Shown here one piece after another: positions 8,798-23,000 of a DNA stretch of 64,000 bases. The notes beneath the pieces are model-generated. The model was not told the origin of the DNA. It made no database searches and saw nothing but the letters and a program-made list of their open reading frames with translations. Position numbers and translations under genes: made by a program. This DNA comes from Podarcis liolepis (Eukaryota): assembly GCA_965112155.1 (NCBI GenBank), contig OZ218104.1; one strand, 5' to 3'. The number at the start of each line of letters is the position of its first letter. Position 1 is the first letter of the stretch.

Positions 8798-11295
8798 TAC
8801 TTCCTATTTCCCTTTAAACACTGCACACAACTTCTCTCAGGTTGTCTTCTGGCCTAGTGTTTGAGGCATTAGCAAAACAGACAAGAACATTGGGGTATTA
8901 ACAAGACTGGTGATGCAATAGTGAGACCCACGAGAAATGAATGTCCAAAGTCTAACCAGCTGGGCAAGCAGTTTTTCTTTTGTTTTGGCTTTTTGCGAAG
9001 GTGCAGTATTTTCATTTACACTGTCAAGTCATAATGCACAGCACTGCCAAGGAGCTGCCTGCACTGCAGTCAAACCCTTTCTGAACAAGTAAACCAAAGA
9101 AGCAAGCTACCAGTGTGAATGAGCCATGAAGGTAATTAGCAATGGCGGAATTCAGCTCTTTAAACAATAGACTTTTGGACAGCATGTTAATTATTTTAGC
9201 ATGATTCCACCATGCAACCATCCCTCCTTTAATTCCCACGCAAACATTGACCAATCACAACAGGCACACTTTGAACTAAGCACAGCGTAGTCCTCCCAAA
9301 AACACACCATCTAATAAATGATCCTGAACACATGAACACACACATTTAAAAGGTGTGGTCTATGAACAACTGTTACAGAAATTTAAAGCAAAGGTTGTCA
9401 AAGTTTAGCCCAGTTAGTTTTCCTAGTTCCAAATAAACAAAATAACAGGTAACTAGATCCAACAGGTCAGCTTTGGCTGCAAGCAACACAAGCAGTGGTC
9501 TGCATCCTAACAGCTGAGCCCCAGCCGGATGTTTGATCATGGGGAAACCCCTCTGCATATGGCTTTGTAAAAGGGAAGAACCCATTAAGGCTCAGCTGTA
9601 AACCTGCTTGTGGATGAGAGTGCCAGGTCTGGAAGCTGCACGTGTCAGGCAGGATGTCCCCAGGAGACAATGATAATAAGGGCATTAGCATCAATCAATA
9701 AAGGGTATCAATCAGTTGCCAATAAATCAAAAAAGGCATATTTTAAAATTCTAGTCATCCTGAGCCCAGAACCCCTTTGGCAAAGTCCTGATTTCCTCAC
9801 ATGTTGGTTTTGAATTTTAAAACTATTAATAACTTGGGACCAGGTACATGAAGGATCGTCAGTCTCCACATTTACATACCTGGACCTTAAATTTTTCTTC
9901 TGTGGCTCTTCTTTGGATGTTTCCATTGGGGAAGGTGCAGTGAGTGGCTATTAGGTAAAGGTACTTATGAGTGGTGGTACCTCTACTACAGAAGGTCCTC
10001 CCCAAGAAAAGCACGTCTGTTGTCTACCTTTGACAGCATATCAGCACCAGGCAAAGGCCTTTTTACTTTCCCAGGCTTTTTAATCTGCTCCAGGTCTTAC
10101 GTCAGTTAGTTTTGTCTTTGCCATTTTTTATGCACCATTGCCATTTCATATGTGCTATTGTTGACCTATTTTACAGTATGCATTGTAACTTGCTTTTATT
10201 CTTCTTGTAAGCATCCCTGAGGACATTTATAATGTTTAAAATTAAGAAAGAAAAAAGGTTGTGCGTGTTTACACCAGTTTCTGCAGATCCTACTGGTAGC
10301 AAATTTGCTGTGTAAGCAAACTAAAATGGTATTTACTTCCCCTTTCTGCACATAAGAATGCAATTCATACCCTGTGTCCTTAGCAGTTGTGCCAGTGCAA
10401 GTTTGATTCCCAGCACTGCCACAAAGGCACTAGTTGTGCTTTCAAGCTGGTCTTCTAATCCCAATTATTGATGTACTTGAAGTACTTCAGGAAATAATAA
10501 GATACTCAGCAAGAAATTAGTTATTGACTATGCAGTCTGGAAAGGCAGAACATGGTCCAGAAAACAACTTCCTGTCTGCAGCCCAGGTTCATTGTGCGAA
10601 ATCTATTAGAACTGTTACATTTTATGACAAGGGAGGGAAAAGCTGATCATTGACCTCCAAGGCCAGCAATACTAATAGTGATCATTTTTTAAAATGCCAC
10701 TGATTTTTAAACAGGCTACAAAAGTTCCCCAAAAATGTGCACACCCAAATTCTGCATGCAGAGCTATGACAAAATAAAATGCTGTGGGTGGATTCAACAG
10801 GAGCGCAGCTTAGTAGACGTCACCTTTCCTGTACTTCCTGCAGCTTTCTAAGAAAGGTTCTACAGTGGGCTGATAAAGTCCATATTAGAACATCTGTTAA
10901 CAGTTTTAACTGCATTAGCTCCTGGTCCATTTCTGGCCCAATTCAAGGTGCTGGTCATGACCTTAAATGGCTCTGAACCATATACCTCAAGGGCAAACCA
11001 CATTATACAAACATTGGCCCAGGTGTTAACCTCCTTTTGCTGTTAGAAGATGCTGGGATCGGTGGGCAGCTGCTCCATGTCATGAGCCACTGAACTGCAG
11101 GCAGCAACTTTTGGGTGAAGTGCCCTCAGGCTCTGGACTTACTCTGCCCACCCAAGTTGGCCATTGGCTCCTTTGGGACAGGAAAGAGTTTAAGAGGGCT
11201 TTCTGCTGCAGTTGCTTAGGCAACAAAGTGCTCTGAGCTCTGGTATATGCTTTGGCAGTTCTTCAGTTGGCATGCTGCTAAATCTTGCCTCATTT

Positions 11296-11825
11296 CATAG
11301 AACTGTAGAGGGGGAAGGGTCCCCAAGGGTTATCTAGTCCAACTCCCTGCAATACAGCTAAGAGGCCCTGGAAGATGGCCATCTAACATGTTTAAAAACC
11401 TCAAATAAAAGAGAGCCCAGCACCTCTTGAGGTAGTCTGTTCCACTGTTGAATAGCTATTACCATCAGAAAATTCTCCGTAATATTTAGTCATAGGCTCT
11501 TTTTTTGTTATTTGAATCTATTTGGTCAGGTCCTATGCTGTGGAGCAGCATAAAACAACCTTGCTCCATCATCCATGTGACACCTCTTCAGATATCTGAA
11601 GATGGTTATCCTATCACCTCTCAGTCTTCTCTACTCCCAATTCCCTCATTAGGCTAGCTATCCTTCTTAAGCTGTGGTACCCAGAATTAGACAGAGTATT
11701 CCAGGTGGGGTCTAACCAAGGCAGAAAAGAGTGGTACTATTAGTTCCCTTGGTCTGGACACTATGCATGATGTTGATGCTGCCTAGAATTGAATTAGGGT
11801 TTTTGCTGTTGAATCACACTGCTTA
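11296..11825 (-). mobile_element. Degraded CR1 LINE 3' fragment
   Basis: catagaactgtagag...caagggttatctagtccaac... followed by CR1 RT-like sequence (gtggtacccagaattagacagagtattccaggtggggtctaacc). Confidence 0.65.
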
Positions 11826-14800
11826 CCTGCTGGTTCCAACTACTGATTTTATCTCATACCTCCTGCTCCAGGAACCAGCCCCAAAACTCATCATCTAAGG
11901 TGCGGTAGGGTCATCTCAGTTATAACACCCTATCCTTGGAATACATTCCCCAGGGAGGCTGACCAGATGCAGACTATCTTTTTGGCACTGTCCAGGTTTT
12001 AACACATTTTAGTGAGAAGAATGGCTTTATTCAGCCTTTGCATTCCCTCCATTGTAATATAGGATGGTTTAAATTTTTATTTTTTTTTAGTTTTTAGGTG
12101 GACAGCTTTGTAAAGTTTTTCTTAACCTAAAAGGCAATGTATACCAACCTCAAAATAGCTGTTTGAATCCAGGTGCCTCTAATAAAAAATTACATCCTGT
12201 ATCCTCTCACACAAGTGAAATGGACCAAAAAAATTTGAGCAAGTTGATACTTCCTTGGCAAAGTTCTTTGAGAACAAATGAAAGTGTTTCATCATTCTAC
12301 TGACTTTTACTGATTATTCGTACTTTAAAAGCAGAACTTGCTTTGCTATGAAACATTATACACACCTGCACTTCCTAGGGAAACTCCCAGAGCCATTAGC
12401 TTGAAAGAATTGCTAGCAGTCAGGAAAAAGGAAATGAAAACATCTGAAAGTCACCAATATGGTTAAAATATCCACATCGTGTTGCAGTAGTGATGGTGAG
12501 TTCAAGTATGTTTTTAGCAGAAAATTCCTTACCAGAATTAAGTATAAAACCATATGTACACTCTTCAAACCAGGTTGCAGTGAACTATGGACCCCACCCT
12601 CTTGGTAAATTTTCAGCTGCTACAGAAACAACAGACGGTTGTGTAGCACCATGAAATGAGTCAGCTACCTGGAACTGAGGTGCACCTGATTGGGCAGCAG
12701 CTAAAGAGCAGCCAGTGCCAAGGAAACTCCCCTCACTGTTGGCACCAATGCTCTGTCATGAAAAAGCAGTAACGTCAATATTGCTCAAACAGTTTCTTCC
12801 CGCTTTCCCTATTAAATAAACAAATGCATCTGATACTCAGAGGCCACATCATTCCCTTCTATTTCCAGTGTCTAGGTTAGGTGTGCCATTGCTTATATTT
12901 AGCCAAAATGGTACAAGTCAGGTACCATCAGAAAACCTGGAGGTGCCCCAATGTTTTAAGAAGTATTTAAACAATATTTAGAAAAACTGCTAAGGGGTGA
13001 GAGGATGGAGCATGATCAGTGGCCGAACAGTGCTGATTGACTGTTTGGAGGGCAGGTAAAACGGAGTTTCTGAAAACTTGGACAGGAAAACTTCACATTT
13101 TGTTGCAGGTCCAAATTGTGCCACTAAATATCAGCCCCTGAAGAGCAAGATCGAGGGATAAGCTCCTGCCTTCATATCCTATTGATGGGTTTCCTATCTC
13201 CAGTGTAGGGCGTAGGATGCTAGATTAGATGAACATTTACACTCTGAGGATAAAGGTAGGCTACAAACCTAAATTAAGGAAACACCCTCAAATGGTATTA
13301 TAATCCCCTTGAAAAGGGTTGGCTGATGCCCTGTGCACAATTACAGGAGAATGATTCGGAGCCAAAGCATTTTTCAAAGGCATATGATGCAACAACCTTG
13401 TTGAAGCTTAGGGGGTTGATGCCTAGATGGAAGAATGTTTGGGGACCCTATGTATGGTGCTGAGTTCCATGTAGGAAGGAAGGAAGAATTATAAAATGTA
13501 ACATATAAAGGACTAGAAATTCATTTTATCACATTACCAGAGTTTTTTCTATAGTACAATATGGTCCTGAACAAAAATAAGGTGATGATCAGATTTCTCA
13601 CAGGAAACATATCCTGAGCTTATCAGCTACTTTGCATATATTCAATTAAGATAAATTAGTTTTGAATATACATGTAGTTCTGCACCTGCAATAAACTGGC
13701 ACATGTCAACTACTGTTGGTTGTTATCTTACATTGAAGTAAACCTGAAAGGTATAGTGCTTTACGTTCAACCTTAAAGAGGGAGGGAGGGATATACTGAT
13801 ACTGCAGACATAGCATGGAAGTTGAAAACCAGGAGTTTCTTTTTGTCTTCCTCATTTCTGTTCCTCTGGTGTTACTGCTGTCATATTTTCAATGCACACA
13901 CTGCATTTAAAGGAACAGAACTGTTTTTAGGTTTTGTTAAGGCTCCAATAAATGGTTATAGACCACCCTCGAAAGCTTCTTTCCCACATAATGCTTCTGT
14001 GTATTCAACATGCATTGTCTGTCCAGTTGTTACCTCCCTCCTCCGAACAACCTTTTGTGCCTAAGAGTGAAACCACCTTTAGTACAGTCATCACACAGAA
14101 TGCTTCCAGTCAGGCAGACAGGGAAATCTCACCACAGGTTTGCAGCCTGGAGGCTCAAATGCAGCAAAGTGGATTTCAAGAATGGTTTTTATTTCTCCAT
14201 CACTAATGCTGCCAAATCAGAATAAATCCTTCACAGAGAGGAGATAATCTAACTTATGTGCTAACTGGAAATGTAAGCATCTCCAAAGCTTTCAAGCCAT
14301 CCTACCTGCCTACTTAAGGGAATTAGTATTATTTGTTTATTTATTTTTACAAAGAAAGGGTGAAAATGGTTTTTTTTTTAGAGACAAATTAAGTTTAATT
14401 TTTCAAAGCACGATGCTAAAACATAAAGGGCAAATCCTAGCCCTTCTGCATCCTAATAGAACCACATTTATCGAAAAAGGCTTTGTGGTATTTATATCAT
14501 TCAGTTCAAGGTAGGGGAACCTGTGTCCCTTTCAGATGTTACTGGACTGCAACACGCAACATCCCGAGGCAGCATGACCAATGGTCAGGGATGCTTAGCT
14601 GCAGCCTGTTTCCATGACAAATTTCCAATGCGGACTAAGGCAAGCATTAGATATACTGGGCACTAGTTATTCCCCACAGGAAACTTAATGTGATTTATCC
14701 AATGTTCTGCTGATCTCACAAGGCATCAGCTTCATTTGGCATTTTTTAAAAATGCACTTCTACAATTAATTGGCCTCAGGCACAATAGCCAGCTCATAAT

Positions 14801-15402
14801 AGATGAGAGCAGGATGGGTTAGAGAGGAAATTGCATCTAAACACTATAATTTGGTCTACATCTCAATAAAAATGAGATGCAAGGAACTCAAAAGGCACAC
14901 AGTATTTCACACCCACTGGAATTTTTATTGTATTAAGTAGTCAATACGGCCATAGCAGATGCTTCTCCATGCTTTGTTTCCATTTTTATATCTCCAACCA
15001 CCACAATGAACAGCTGCCTCCCTCTACTTAAAAAGAACATAAATGCACAGGCAGGTACAAGTTGCTCAGCTAAAGCCAGCTGATTAACTTAAAGCCATCA
15101 TCATCCGGTTAAGAAGACCCACAAACATACAGACATCACATCTAAAATGCAAAGCAGGTCACACATTGACACTCCTACGCTTGAGCAGTAGATGCTTTCT
15201 GACTTCCTCCTGGCTCTGATTACAATTTTAGTCAGCTAGGGGATTTCAGCACACAACTAAAGCAAAATGGAATACATCCATCTTAAGGGTCACATTGTGG
15301 GTTAATTTACCTGACATCTGGAATATCCTGTTTTACACAGCAGGTATATGGATCAGGAGCCGCAGCATGGACCCACAGCATAATGCATTTGTTGTAAAAT
15401 AC

Positions 15403-15765
15403 ACACGGGTGGCGCTGTGGTCTAAACCACAGAGCCTAGGACTTACCAATCAGAAGATTGGCAGTTCAAATCCCCTCAACGGGGCGAGCTCCTGTTGTTC
15501 GGTCCCAGCTTCTGCCCACCTAGCAGTTCGAAAGCATGACAAAGTGCAAGTAGATAAATAGGTACCGCTCTGGGGGGAATGTAAATGGTGTTTCTGTGCA
15601 CTGCTCTGGTTCGCCAGAAGTGGCTTAGTAATGCTGGCCACATGACCCGGAAAAACTGTCTGTGGACAAACGCCGGCTCCCTCAGCCAGGAAAGCGAGAT
15701 GAGCGCGCAACCCCAGAGTCGTCCGCGACTGGACCTAACAATCAGGGGGTACCTTTACCTTTTAC
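15403..15765 (+). mobile_element. Sauria SINE (Squam1), near full length
   Basis: GGGTGGCGCTGTGGTCTAAACCAC head, CAGTTCGAAAGC core, GCTGGCCACATGACCCGG, and ACCTTTACCTTT tail typical of Sauria SINE. Confidence 0.9.
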
Positions 15766-16605
15766 ACTTTGTCCCTACTAGTTGCAGGTGTTAATTTCCA
15801 AGCCAGAGAGGAAAAAAGGAAAAGAACAGTTCACTCTTTGAATGTATTTTCATTCCTGAAGAAAGACACTCTCTGTTGTTACTGATTTCAAATATTTATA
15901 TAAGCTACTACTGCATGAATTTTATTGTTGTAAGAGGCTTTGAGACATCTTGGTAGAAAATAACAAATAAACTCAAATAATTTATAAAATCAGCTGGAAT
16001 AGTACCTAAAGCAAGTGTCAGACTCATCCTCTGAATGTGTTTTCTTTCCTGGGTCCAAATGTACCCTATTTATGATGAGAACTGCCTTTCATAAACACAT
16101 ATGGCTTCCTCTAAGAAGATTCACATGTGGCAGAACTTGTTGCTGCTTCCCCTGAATCACATGTAGTCTCAAGGCCCTGCAATCTGCAGCTATGCCATAC
16201 CTGCATGAGCCTCACCCAGGATATGATTAAGGTTGAAAGCTAGCACAAGGACTGACATAGTCCAGAATGGGCTGAGTTTAGCAAAAAGAAGGGGGGGCTG
16301 CAGCTAGTTCAGTGGATTCTTTCCACTGACTAGTGAATGGCATGGTTATCCTTCTTTCCACAGCTTTCTTTCAGTTTTGCTGGTAAAACTCCAAATAGGC
16401 CCTGCTCTACTACGAGACAGACACTATTCCAGTTTTTTCGCATGTAGCTATGTAATTTGATTTGATCTTGCCTACACAAACCCCTCTGCCTATAATGGTT
16501 TATGGTTGGAAACTAATCACCCAGAGTACTAGGCTCTCCATAGCTGACCTCCATCCCTGGATACCCTGCATTGCTTCCTGACTTCCAGGAAGACATGCTC
16601 AATTA

Positions 16606-16969
16606 CCGTATTTTTTGCACCATAACACTCACTTTTTTCCTCCTAAAAAGTAAGGGGAAATGTCTGTGCGTGTTATGGAGCGAGTGCCTGCGGGTGGCGG
16701 GGGGGATCTGCTGCAGTCGTGAGCAGAGGATCCATGGTTCCCCTTCCTTCCCTCCTCCGTGGTTACAAAACATGGATCCACATGGATCCTCAGGATTTTT
16801 GCATTGGGCTACTCCAAACTCACTGTCAGATCACATGTCTGTGGCCACAGCATGAACCACAAAAATCATATATCCACTATTTCGTTTAGAATATTTTTTT
16901 CTTGTTTTCCTCCTCTAAAAACTACGTGTGTGTTATGGTCTGGTGCGTGTTATAGAGCGAAAAATACGG
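16606..16969. mobile_element. Third, short Tc2/Kanga-like non-autonomous DNA transposon (no array)
   Basis: CCGTATTTTTT.../...GAAAAATACGG termini; TA at 16604-05 and 16970-71; subterminal TAACAC(G/T/A)CAC-type repeats x4. Confidence 0.8.
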
Positions 16970-17020
16970 TAACTAATAATGGCTGGGGAAACCCAGCCAG
17001 CTGGGCAGGGTAGAAATAAT

Positions 17021-17068
17021 TTCTTCTTCTTCTTCTTCTTCTTCTTCTTCTTCTTCTTCTTCTTCTTC
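17021..17068. repeat. (TTC)16 microsatellite
   Basis: Direct reading. Confidence 0.95.
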
Positions 17069-17082
17069 GGCTAGACAGCATG

Positions 17083-17459
17083 TTGCTGTTGTTGTTTAGT
17101 CATTTCCGACTCTTCGTGACCCCATGGACCAGAGCACGCCAGGCACTTCTGTCTTCCACTGCCTCCCGCAGTTTTGTCAAACTCATGCTGGTAGCTTCGA
17201 GAACACTGTCCAACCATCTCATCCTCTGCCGTCCCCTTCTCCTTTTGCCTTCCATCTTTCCCAACATCAGGGTCTTTTCCAGGGAATCTTCTCTTCCCAT
17301 GGTGGCCAAAGTATTGGAGCCTCAGCTTCAGGATCTGTCCTTCCAGGGAGCACTCAGGGCTGATTTCCTTAAGAATGGATAGGTTTGATCTTCTTGCAGT
17401 CCATGGGACTCTCAAGAGTCTCCTTCAGCACCATAATTCAAAAGCATCAATTCTTTGGT
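17083..17459 (-). mobile_element. 5'-truncated RTE-BovB LINE
   Basis: Encodes RVPWTARRSNLSILKEISPECSLEG..LKLRLQYFGH and REDSLEKTLMLGK..GRQRMRWLD; (CAA)n tail; 14-bp TSD GGCTAGACAGCATG at 17069-17082 and 17460-17473. Confidence 0.92.
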
Positions 17460-19394
17460 GGCTAGACAGCATGCCCAGTCTTAATTAAGCAATTGCAAAT
17501 TGCATTTCATAATACACATACCACTGGCACAAAAACAACAGAATAACATCATTTGCAAAAAGTGCTTTATCAGAGCTTTCCTGCCTTTCCCACATAAAAT
17601 ATCAGAAGCAGTGCAACAGCCTCCCATCTGCCTAAAACCAATGGGAGTCTGTAAAGGCCTGTTACTTTACCAAGTACTGCACTAGTGCAAGCTAGGAACA
17701 ACTGTACAGTGCCAAGGATCCATTGGCACAGTACAGCCAGGAGAAGCAGGCAACTTTGAGCCACTATTTTAATTGACCACAGTGACCCAAAGTGATATGT
17801 CAGAGGCATTACTGGAAATTATAATGCTGCTCCTAGCCACCAAATGTAGGAGGTTAAGGCAGGTTTTGACACTGCAGCTCCAGGAACTACCCAAAGATGC
17901 ATCATGCCAACACCAAGCCTGGGGAAAGCTACTCTGCATTCACTTTTCTTTTTGCAGTATCAGATGTTTACAAGTGAGGGCAAGGGTTGTGGATAGAGTA
18001 AAAGTGTCTCCTCTAAGAGTTTTCTGGGGAAAGAAGAGAAGGAAGAGAGGTGCAACACGATACAGACATCATAAGAGGGAATTAAAAGATATAAAGGGCA
18101 TCACTGAAAATGAGCAGAGTCAATGAAGTTACTATAGTGTCCTGTGCATTTGGCGAGAATTGATATTAAAACCGTACCCTCAAGAAAAGAGTCATCCCTG
18201 GAATAAATTTCATTTCTAGCACATGACTTTTCTCCCCTTCTGACCCCTCTTTTTTCTTTGCCTTAAGAGATCAGGGGATGGCCACACTTTTAAAAAAGTG
18301 AAAGTCACAGACAGGGATAATAAGGGCCGGAAAAGGGCTGAATGTTATTGCTCTGGTGGACAGGGTTGCACCTAATACTACCCTCTCCTCCATTGTGTCC
18401 CATTCTGCCTTGCTAGACAACTGGTATCATACAATGCCTCCTATACAAGGCTACTTCATATGTTCACAGATGCAGTCTGGCTCATGCCACCAGGAGAATA
18501 TTTTGGGAAAGCATGGTTTCCTCCCGCCCCCTCCCCAAAGCATTGTATGAAAGAGCTTTGGTGACAGTTATTAGGAAATGAAGACAATTCAAAGATTAGT
18601 ATGTCAATAAGGATTTAGCAAGGTCTCTGGGCAGAGATCAGTTAGATAGGCATGCCAGGCTAAAGTAAAGTCCATAGCCACGAGTTTTCTTTCATTTTTG
18701 AATCTGTGATAGGATATGGGGGAAAGCGCAGATTTTTGTTTACAACAAAGCACAACACTTGATTTCTAAAAATCAATTTCTAAAAAATGGGAGAGGGGGT
18801 GTTCTTTATGACCTTGAGAGGGGCAGGGGAAGTTGTCTTCTCTTTAACAGCTCTAATCTACATTTAATGGAGGGAAACTATAAATCAGCTGATCAACATA
18901 CATACACACACTTGAGATCAGAGTATATTTTTACAACAATCACTTTGATTAAACATTGTGACCCTCAACTATTTACCCTATGGTAACAAATCTCAAGGGT
19001 GTATAAATGCTCTACAGTTACTACAGGAAACAACCTAAACTGTGAAACATTGTTTTACTAGGGCAAGGCTAGTTACCAAGCAGTAAGCAAATGAGATATG
19101 ATCCAGAGACGGAATTTATAGCTACTCTGCTGGAAGCATACACAAGGTTTATAGCATCAAAAGCTGTTATTCAGAAACAAACCTTTAATGGAATTTAATT
19201 GTCAGAGCTTCTCACTAAATTAGAGTGCTGGGCCACTTTTCATTAAAAAATAACAACCCCAGAAACTGCATCAGAAACAAGCAGTTAACTACCCATATGT
19301 AGCTTAACTATTCAGTGACTACCCCACCCACCACACTTAATTAAAAGATGGATTTTGCATCACTATTCCTAATGCTTGGAAGAAACTGATTACA

Positions 19395-20040
19395 TAGCTC
19401 CATTCCAGTCTGGCTTCAGGCCCAGCATAGCACTGAAACCATCTTGGTTGCCTGTTGGGTGACATTTGTTAAGAGCGAAATAAGAGGAGTGCAGCTCTGC
19501 TTTTTCTCCTTCATCTCTTGGTGGCTTCTGATATTGCCGACCACAGTATCCTTCTTGGGGGAAGTGCGGATTGGGGGGGCTGTACTTCAGTGGTCCCACT
19601 CCTACCTCTAGGGTTGTTTCTAGAAAGTAGTTATGGAAGGCTACTGCTCAGCATCATGGAAGTTCTCCTGTGGTATCCTGTGGGGGTCCCCTGTGCTATT
19701 TAATATCCATATGAAACTGCTGGGGATCTGTCATTAGGAGATTTGAAGTGAGGCAACACCCATATGCAGACAATGCCCACTGATATCTCTCTGTTCATTC
19801 TGAATCAGAAAAAGCGATCCAGGTGCTAGACCAGTGCCTGGAGATGGTGAAGGACTGAGATGGGGCAATAAATTGAAGCTGAGTCCTGAAAAGAAAGAGG
19901 TGTTAAATGCCCTAAATTCTTAAGTCCAGGAGGTGAGGAAGTGGTCTGTCCTGGATCGGGTTGCAGACCCCTGGAAGGGGCAGGTCCATAGTCTGTGGGT
20001 GCTCTTGGATTCAACACTGTCACTGAAGTTCTCAGGTAGC
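19395..20040 (+). mobile_element. Degraded L2-clade LINE RT fragment
   Basis: Frameshifted RT motifs: QSGFRP..STE, DHSILL, YAD(N), L..CL. Confidence 0.7.
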
Positions 20041-23000
20041 ATAATAGAAACTTAACTGGCCTGATCCACACCTTCTGGACAAACGTGTGGATCAGATCAT
20101 AATAAACATTCTAACTGCAATCGTTATCATATATGATCAGATCAACACGTGTGCAGGAGGTGTGGCTCATGCCACTTAAGTTTCTGTTAGAATTCACAGA
20201 AACTGAATTCCACAAGCATCCCTATTGATTGTACCAAAGCCTTTAGCAACCTTGTAAATACAACCACAAAAGTCACTAGCCCCCAAAACTTTTTACTAAT
20301 CTGCTGCGTGTTAGCAGAGGAGTAATGTGCAGCTCTTGTCCCTCTTGTAGAAACCTGCTGCATCTCTGTACTGGAAACCAAAGCAGGGGCTTTCTTCCTC
20401 TGGCAGCTTGATTAGTTTCTATGCTGAACACAGAGGAGGGAGAAAGTTTTCAGTCCCTCATATGCCTACACATAGCTCACTTACCTGCACCCAAGTCCAT
20501 TTTCAATTATGGCTCCCAGGCTAGTGCTCAAATGCAAGACTGCCAGTGCCTACAGATACCCTTCTAGAAAGAAAAAAATACTAAGATGTTTTGAAAGCAC
20601 TTTACAGGGTGGGGTGGTGGGCAATGATCTTGATACTGAGAACTGGAAAACAGAGAAAAGATTGAAGGAAGCAAAACACAACTATTACCGGTAAGTTGCT
20701 TCCCTGCATCCCATAATGATTGCTACCAGTAGCCAAGGGTGGCTTCCTAGCAATTCCTTCCACATGCAAATGCCTGCCATTTTGCAAGCTGCTCTCTGGC
20801 TTTTGACCCACCCCACTTTCTCCAGACACTTTATAAAAGTTAAAGCCTTTGGCTTTCTAAGTGCAGTGTTCAGAGTTATTATCTGAGCAAACATCTGGTC
20901 AAAAATGAAGGGAAGTTCTTTCAGTGGCTTTTTAAAAATACCGCAATAAGTCTTTGGGAATAGAGGAAGCCAAACACTTGAAATTAAATAAATAAATGAG
21001 GCTCACCACTTAAGTCATTCATAACAGCAGCACCGCTACTGACATACAGCAACACCCAAAAACAACCCTTATCCCAAAGGAGTCGGGGAGCACTGCTAAT
21101 TAACAGCTAAAAATAAACGTTAGGAAAAGCAAGTTCTTTACTCAAAGGCAAGCTTTGATTGTCCCAGAACATTCTACCTCTCGTGTGCTTTAAAATAAAT
21201 GCAACAAAAGAGTGATATACACTTAACAAAGGGAGTACTGATCTGAGAGACATATTCAATAATGGAGCTATAAAACTTTGATGACACAACCCAGTCACAG
21301 TTGAACTCTTTGAAGTCCCAAGGTGCCAGGAGTGCCTCTTCCCCTGAAAATTAAGCATGTGCTAAGATATATCCCCCTGAAGTTGGGACTTTAGTTGGGA
21401 CATCTCTTTTGCATGTATATATCTCTATCTCACCTTTCTTTCATGGAGCTCAGGGTGACACATATTCACTTTTCTTTCCTCCATCCCAATTTCATTCTCA
21501 CAACCACCCTATGAGGTAAGTTAGGCTGAAAGAGTGTGACTAGCCTAAGGTCTTATGATTGAGATGCACAGCTGGGATAGGGAGATTTGAACCCATGCTA
21601 CCCAGCCTAGCCCAATGCTCTAACCATGACATTAACTTCTTTTCTAAGTATTCATTACTTCCTGCAGACTTAAAAGGGAAACTCTGTGACTTACTGATTA
21701 AAGCCCTTACTTTTGCACTTCCTAGTTCATAAATTTTGAGCTCCTTGCAAAGTATATCCCTTCTGTTTGGCATGCATTTCACTGTCAATAACAAACTAGC
21801 TTTAGTTAACTCCTCATGTTTCCTTTATAAAGGTTGGATTTTCTCAAGTTTATGCCAAAATAAATCTCTTTTTAAAAACATTTTGCTTTTGAGGCAACAC
21901 ATATCCCTCTAGAATTTATATATCAAGTTAACAGCAATTGTCACCTAATACCATTTTATTAATACCTCAACATCACCAATCTCAGTGACTACCATCAAGA
22001 ACAGCCGCACATGACCAAGATACAGACCTATTTTGCTCGGTAGAAGTGATTTGCTTCCCAAGATTATCAAATTAAACTAGAGATTAAGTTAACTGGTGGT
22101 TGAATGAAGTAGAAAGTCTGCATAATCACATACTTCTAATCCGAAAGCACAGAAACAAAAATGCAATCACAGTCTAGATCAGCTCCTCAGCAGCAATTTA
22201 TATTCCCACTCAGATCTTCTAATGGAAGCTCTATCTTCTTACTATCTATGACTAGCTAAAACTAAAAAAATCTCAATTTACAACTGGAGAATCACAACCA
22301 TTATTTTCCAGTCTTCATTTTCAGAAAACAGTAGCCGGCTGTGTGTTGATTTGACCTATTTAACATGCATTCCCTCCATTTTGTGGAAAAGCATTACTTC
22401 CTGCTCCATGAGGCTGTAAGAGTTAACACATTAAGCATTTGCACACCTCTGTCTTACTTCCCATATTTGGGGTTAGGGAAGTACATTCTTGAACGTGATA
22501 ACTGAGATACAGAAAAAGGGACCTGAAACAATTATTTCATCCTTACCGACAACCCAAACTTTTGCACACTGCACAAGTATGACATACCCCAGTTAATCCC
22601 AACCTGAGGTTGGCACAACACAATCCAAGGTACTCAAAAGGCTTTAATAATCCCATTGGAAGAAAACAGTAAAAAGATAGCATGTTTAGTGCACAGCAAC
22701 AATATGTTTACATGAGACATGTGAATAAAAAGACTTGATTAAAGACACACCACATGAAAAAGACAAAAGATACCCCAGGAAACCAACATTGAAGTGCCTA
22801 AATAAGTGACCCCCTTTTTGAAAAATGTAGAATAGTCATCTCCCAATTCAGTATTCTGAGAACAAGGACACTTCCCTAAGTAGGTAAAAATATGTTAAGA
22901 ATCTAATCTTAGAGACAGATGCCTAGAAGCACAGATCCTCCACTGCAATGTAAAGGATAGGAATTTCCATATCATGGGCCAGCATCCATTTAATTAGGTC

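Noticed and set aside
17069-17473. BovB TSD contains CTAGACAGCAT, an 11-mer also found inside BovB
   Set aside because: It is in the opposite orientation to the inserted copy and a single instance; treated as coincidence.
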